A DNA stretch of 64,000 nt from Azolla caroliniana (Eukaryota > Plantae > Polypodiophyta), in contig JBHGNT010000012.1 in the NCBI GenBank assembly GCA_043228905.1, forward strand, positions 15,810,001 through 15,874,000, written 5' to 3'. How positions within the stretch are numbered: position 1 is the first letter of the stretch; each line of letters begins with the position of its first letter. Below are positions 60,023 through 64,000 of this stretch, piece after piece. The position numbers and the translations under genes are program-made. The notes below the pieces were generated by a model. It ran no database searches and was not told where the DNA came from. It saw only the letters and a list, made by a program, of their open reading frames with translations.

Positions 60023-61899
60023 AAGCAAGGACCGGTTTTCTCCAAGCAGGAACCCAATTTTGGCGCATACCAGTGGATGCGCGGTTAGGTGGGGGCGGAT
60101 GTCGTGAAGAAAACCGTCCCCAGGCGCAAACCGTGTATAGCGTGTGTAAACTGGTCCTTACACGTGGGCACGCCCCTTGTGGTACAGTAGATAGGTAGGC
60201 ACAAAGGTCAGATCCTAGGTAGCAATATTCTATAGGGAGAATCGAGGAGTATCTCTGTTCGAAAGGACAGAGAATTAATGTGATGTAAACGGGCAAGGCG
60301 GCCTCCCTCCTTGAGCTATAAAAGAGAGGGAGACGGGGAGAGAAGGTATCGCGCGCTAGAGGGGACGAAATGCTGTCGGACTGGGACCGAGCTCTTCTCC
60401 TCTATCGTTCTCCATAAGCTTCTTTGCGCAGGTTCTCGAGAGGTTGAATCTGCTCCGTGGAACGCCGTGTGCTTCCGGCAGAATCTCCATCTTGCTCCCC
60501 TGTGTGCGTGGGTGATCAGGCGTCGACACCCGTCTCGCCGACCTGATCAGCTGTAACCGTTCGAGTCATCTGCATACATATATTTATATATGCATTCTTA
60601 TACTCTATCTCCTGCCCAACTTGTGTCTCTTGTGTTGATTAGGCTGCGTTCCCGCGCGCTTCTTTGTCTATCCGTGTGTGAGTGTGTCTCTCTCTCCCTC
60701 TCTCTCTTTTCCCCACCTATTCCTCGGTCCAAGACCCCAGTGGTCCCGCCTTGTTCTCCATGCACGCGCGTAACAACGCGACAACGCGGCGAGAGACGAA
60801 GCAGTAAGGTGCGGTGATCAGCGGATGAACGACGGGAGAGAAGGATGGTGCGTGGAGAACAAAGGGGTACACGTCGGGAAGAGAAAGCACTCCTCCCTTC
60901 TCCCTTGCTTGCCGTGCTCTCTCGCGGTAGAGCGTACCATCATACCGACCTCCGTGTCGGTGTCCTTCGCGGCTCTTGTTACCGCTTCACCTCAACTTGC
61001 GCCCTCTTGGCCTCGCATGTCCTCCAGGACGCCGCGCTTTCTCTTCCCGACGTGTACCCCTTTGTTCTCCACGCACCATCCTTCTCTCCTGCCGTTCATC
61101 CGCCGATCATGGCACCTTACTGCTCCGTCTCTCGCCGCGTGCTTGCCTCTCAAAGGCTCGACTCTGATGCCGATCCCTCCGGATTCGTTCTGTACCCTTG
61201 ATCACCTTCCTTTTGATTCCCAAACTTTGCCTGGTTGGTCTTTCGACCCATTTAAAAGAGGGTGGCTCGCTCCGCACCCTCTCCCGTATCGGCATCGTCA
61301 TGCCAATTCTGGCCCCGGTTGAACAATCCACGACCGGATCGCGCCCCATCCGAATCGGAGTGCTGCGCGGTTCGGTCCCCAGTTGGGTCATTTCATGGTT
61401 CCTTCACCGACCTCCTCGTGGGCCATTTCCCATCCATCTTCGCTGGCATCATGCCAGGACTCCTCGATATTTTAATCCGTCTCCTCGGTCTCACGTGGGC
61501 ATAAGGGCACGAATGCCGAGTTCTCCGGAATCGGTTCCGAGGGCTTTTGTCCGCTCCTTCCTTGTATCGTCTCGCCGACTGTTCTCAGTCTCACGCCGCC
61601 GCTTTCCTCCTCGGTCTCACGTGGGAACTCGGGCCCGATTGCCATCTTTTTGGGACCAAGTGTGGGAAGACGCGTAGAACCGCCCGTCCTATTTGCGCCC
61701 TTGTCCGTAGCCACTGGCTCCTCGTAGTCGGTGGTCGTCTCCTTACCGATTGCGCAAGCCCCGCCTGGGCTTGCTTCTCCAATGTCTGGAGTTTCGGGCT
61801 GATGTGCTTGAAACCGCCGGTCCCAACGTTCCGATTCTGCAATCGGTATCTCGGCCTTGTCCTTGGTCGTTCCGTCTTTGCAAGCCGAGAGGGCGTTTT

Positions 61900-62620
61900 G
61901 TTCCGCACCCTCTCCCATGATACCGTGGTACCAATCTTTTGTAATCTCGTGGGGCAAGTCTGTCTCCTCGGCGTCGGCTTGTGGCCTCGTTCTTTCCTCT
62001 GCTTCGAGCATTGTCTCAAGAGCTGCGTACGCCTTCGCAAACCTTGCCCCGAAGCCGAGCCTTCATAAGGCCATTCGCTCCGTCCTCGTCTTCGAGCTCA
62101 ATCCTGATGGCCTCCTATTCCGCTTGGTCGATCGACTTAACGAACAACAGGACTTTGGCTGCCCCCACCAAACCTTGTTCCCGCTCCGGGAGCTGAGCAA
62201 GCCGTCACTCAAACTCTCGGAACGCCTTCATTGCGCCTTGGTAGGTCTTCGCCGATGCCACCCACTGGTCGAAACCGCGTCGTCCCCGACTCTTCCGTCG
62301 TCCTCCATATGCCTGCAGGAGTGCCTCTTCGAAGGCATCCCACGAACTATGAGCTTCTTAGAGCTCCTTCACTTCCGCGTGCATATGGATGACGACAACC
62401 CGACAGAAGAACTCCAGCCTCAATGCCTCGTCTACGTCTCACTCCTCCATTTCCGCGTTGTAGGCTTCCAAGTAGAATGGGACCTTGTCCCTGTTGAAAT
62501 GATCGACTCTTTCGACCACTCGCTCAACAACTTATTGCGCCGTCTCTCTTCTTGTTGTTGCTCGTCCAAACTCCCTCATCACTTCGACAAAAAGTTTCGC
62601 GAAGTCGTCTTCTTCCAACT
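61900..62620 (-). pseudogene. gag: G3 degenerate gag
   Basis: Manual translation gives FYLEAYNAEM and KVLLFVKSID, matching G1 SYLEAYRVEM and G1/G4 RVLLFVKSVD; several stops. Confidence 0.7.
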
Positions 62621-62662
62621 CCATTCTCCCTTGCCACCCTTTCATGTTGGGTTCACCAAATA

Positions 62663-63288
62663 TGTCGTGTTATTACGCGTGTTCGTGTAGAAAGGGGCGG
62701 GACGACGGGGGTCTCGGACGAGGGAAAAAGGGATGCCAAGAAAACCGACTCCAAACATGACTGAACACGACCGAACACGAGAGAGAGAGAGAGCGTGCGC
62801 ACGACACCAACTCTTATGCACAGGGAATGGAGGGCTATGCTCCCAACACCACTGGATACACCAACATGCACAAACAGATACAAGCGTATATATTACAAAG
62901 GAAACGATACAGCCCCGGCTTCGAGCCGGGGTACGCTCAGAAGAAAAGACGTTAACCCTAACAGAGCTTTGCCGCCATGGCTACTGCGCTCAACTTCTCA
63001 AGAAGGAGAAGAAGAAGAAGACCACAAGACAGTTACTAACCCTAGAAATTCTTAACAAAACAACCCTCTACAAAATGGTATACCCCTACGACTCAAAATG
63101 GGCAACCCCTTCACAAGAGACCCCTCCCTTCCTTTTATAGCCCAAGGAGGGAGAGACGTTACAATGTGGGATAAATTCTCCACCTTATTCTATACACAAT
63201 TTTACTACTATACATGTGCACATGTTGCACATTGCCGACTTGCCCATTCCACCCTGGTTTCACGCAATAGCCCGAAATCTTCACGACA
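62663..63288 (-). repeat. 5' LTR of G3
   Basis: Matches 23696-24167 plus 39780-39935. Confidence 0.92.
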
Positions 63289-63292
63289 ACGT

Positions 63293-64000
63293 ATGTTTCG
63301 TTGACTCCGGTGCCTCGAACCATATGATGTCTCATCAAGAATGGTTTCGAGAACTTCGAGAGCCGGAACGACCTGGCTATGTCGAAACTGGAGACGACAG
63401 TACGCATCCGATTCAACACATCGGCAATGTTCCGTTCGGAGAAGAAGGTAAGCAAACTTACATTAATTTCTTTTTGCATGTACCAACTATCACAAAGAAT
63501 TTGGTCTCCATCGGCCAAATTGTAGAGGAAGGAATGCAAGTTCGATTTAATCAAGGCGGTTGCTTCATCGAAAAAGAGGGCCAACACATCGTGTGTGGAT
63601 GAAGAGAGGGCCGAATGTTCATTCTCCACTCGCACGAGATGAAATCGGCTATGTTCGCAAAAAGCACGAAACCCGAGTCCAACAAAGAGTTATGGCACAA
63701 GCGGATTGGCCATATCAACCTTCAAAAGCTCAAGGCGATGCAATCGAAAAGAGTCGTCATCGGATTCCCGACCTTCAAAGAGAGAGAGATTGAAGGCGTA
63801 TGTGCGGCTTGCCAATTCGGCACACAACATCGGCATCCATTTCTGAAGGAGAGGAATGTAAGCAAAGGCGTACTCGACGTAATTCACTCCGATGTATGGG
63901 GACCGACTCAAATGGCGACATTCGGCGGATGCCGATACTACGTGACCTTTATCGTTGAATTCTCTAGGCACACTTGGATCTACCCGATGCGGCAAAACAA
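63293..64000 (+). pseudogene. pol: C4 protease, GAG-pre-integrase and start of integrase
   Basis: VDSGASNHM; LWHKRIGH; CAACQFG; HSDVWGP. Confidence 0.88.

Larger units (their letters stand above)
42210..60783 (+). mobile_element. Gypsy G4 (Trp-primed family), autonomous-type; 5' LTR 42210-47325 (split by T2), 3' LTR 60100-60783
   Basis: TGTCGTG..CGCGACA LTRs; 4-bp TSD ACGC at 42206-42209 and 60784-60787; PBS 47330-47347. Confidence 0.94.
23696..63288 (-). mobile_element. G3: non-autonomous gag-only member of the Trp-primed Gypsy family; 3' LTR 23696-24167 plus 39780-39935, 5' LTR 62663-63288
   Basis: LTRs match; 4-bp TSD ACGT at 23692-23695 and 63289-63292; degenerate Trp PBS 62641-62658; no pol in its own internal DNA (39936-42209 and 60788-62640). 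Confidence 0.9.
21396..64000 (+). mobile_element. Copia C4: 5' LTR 21396-21873, gag 22041-23695, resuming at 63289 with protease and integrase; continues right of the window
   Basis: TG..CA LTR; degenerate iMet PBS 21874-21885; ..PEDV|CFVDSGASNHM.. rejoins across the G3 insertion; WHKRIGH and IHSDVWGP motifs. Confidence 0.9.

Noticed and set aside
61857-62690. 277-aa plus-strand ORF
   Set aside because: It is the antisense shadow of the degenerate G3 gag.

Overview
The window contains no host genes. It is a deeply nested cluster of plant-type LTR retrotransposons. The mix of Tcn1-like chromoviruses, a non-chromovirus Gypsy and a divergent Gypsy group suggests a non-seed plant, but this is inference. 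Reading LTR ends, primer-binding sites (PBS), polypurine tracts (PPT) and target-site duplications (TSD) resolves about 14 insertions. Five are Copia: 1-2053; 2054-3414; an intact and very young Tnt1-like copy at 9534-14945; a chimeric copy at 15331-19966; and 21396-64000+, which is split by a 39.6-kb nest. Three are Tcn1-like (a remnant at 19967-20680, 29419-35195 and 42302-46676). There is one intact chromovirus with TG..TA LTRs (52146-59162) and one non-chromovirus Gypsy with an extra coiled-coil ORF (24168-39774). The most notable system is a Gypsy family with two autonomous-type copies (3415-15330, 42210-60783), a gag-only non-autonomous partner (23696-63288) and two related LTRs. Its three non-solo copies have a tRNA-Trp PBS, it makes 4-bp TSDs, all five sites fit an RCGY (CpG-centred) consensus, and the two autonomous-type copies carry a predicted -1 frameshift pseudoknot between protease and RT. 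Other highlights are Tf1-like self-priming with a compensatory base change, tRNA-like A/B boxes in the Tcn1 LTRs, and a regularly spaced hairpin array in a chromovirus leader. Lineage names rest on motif recognition only; no searches were run.
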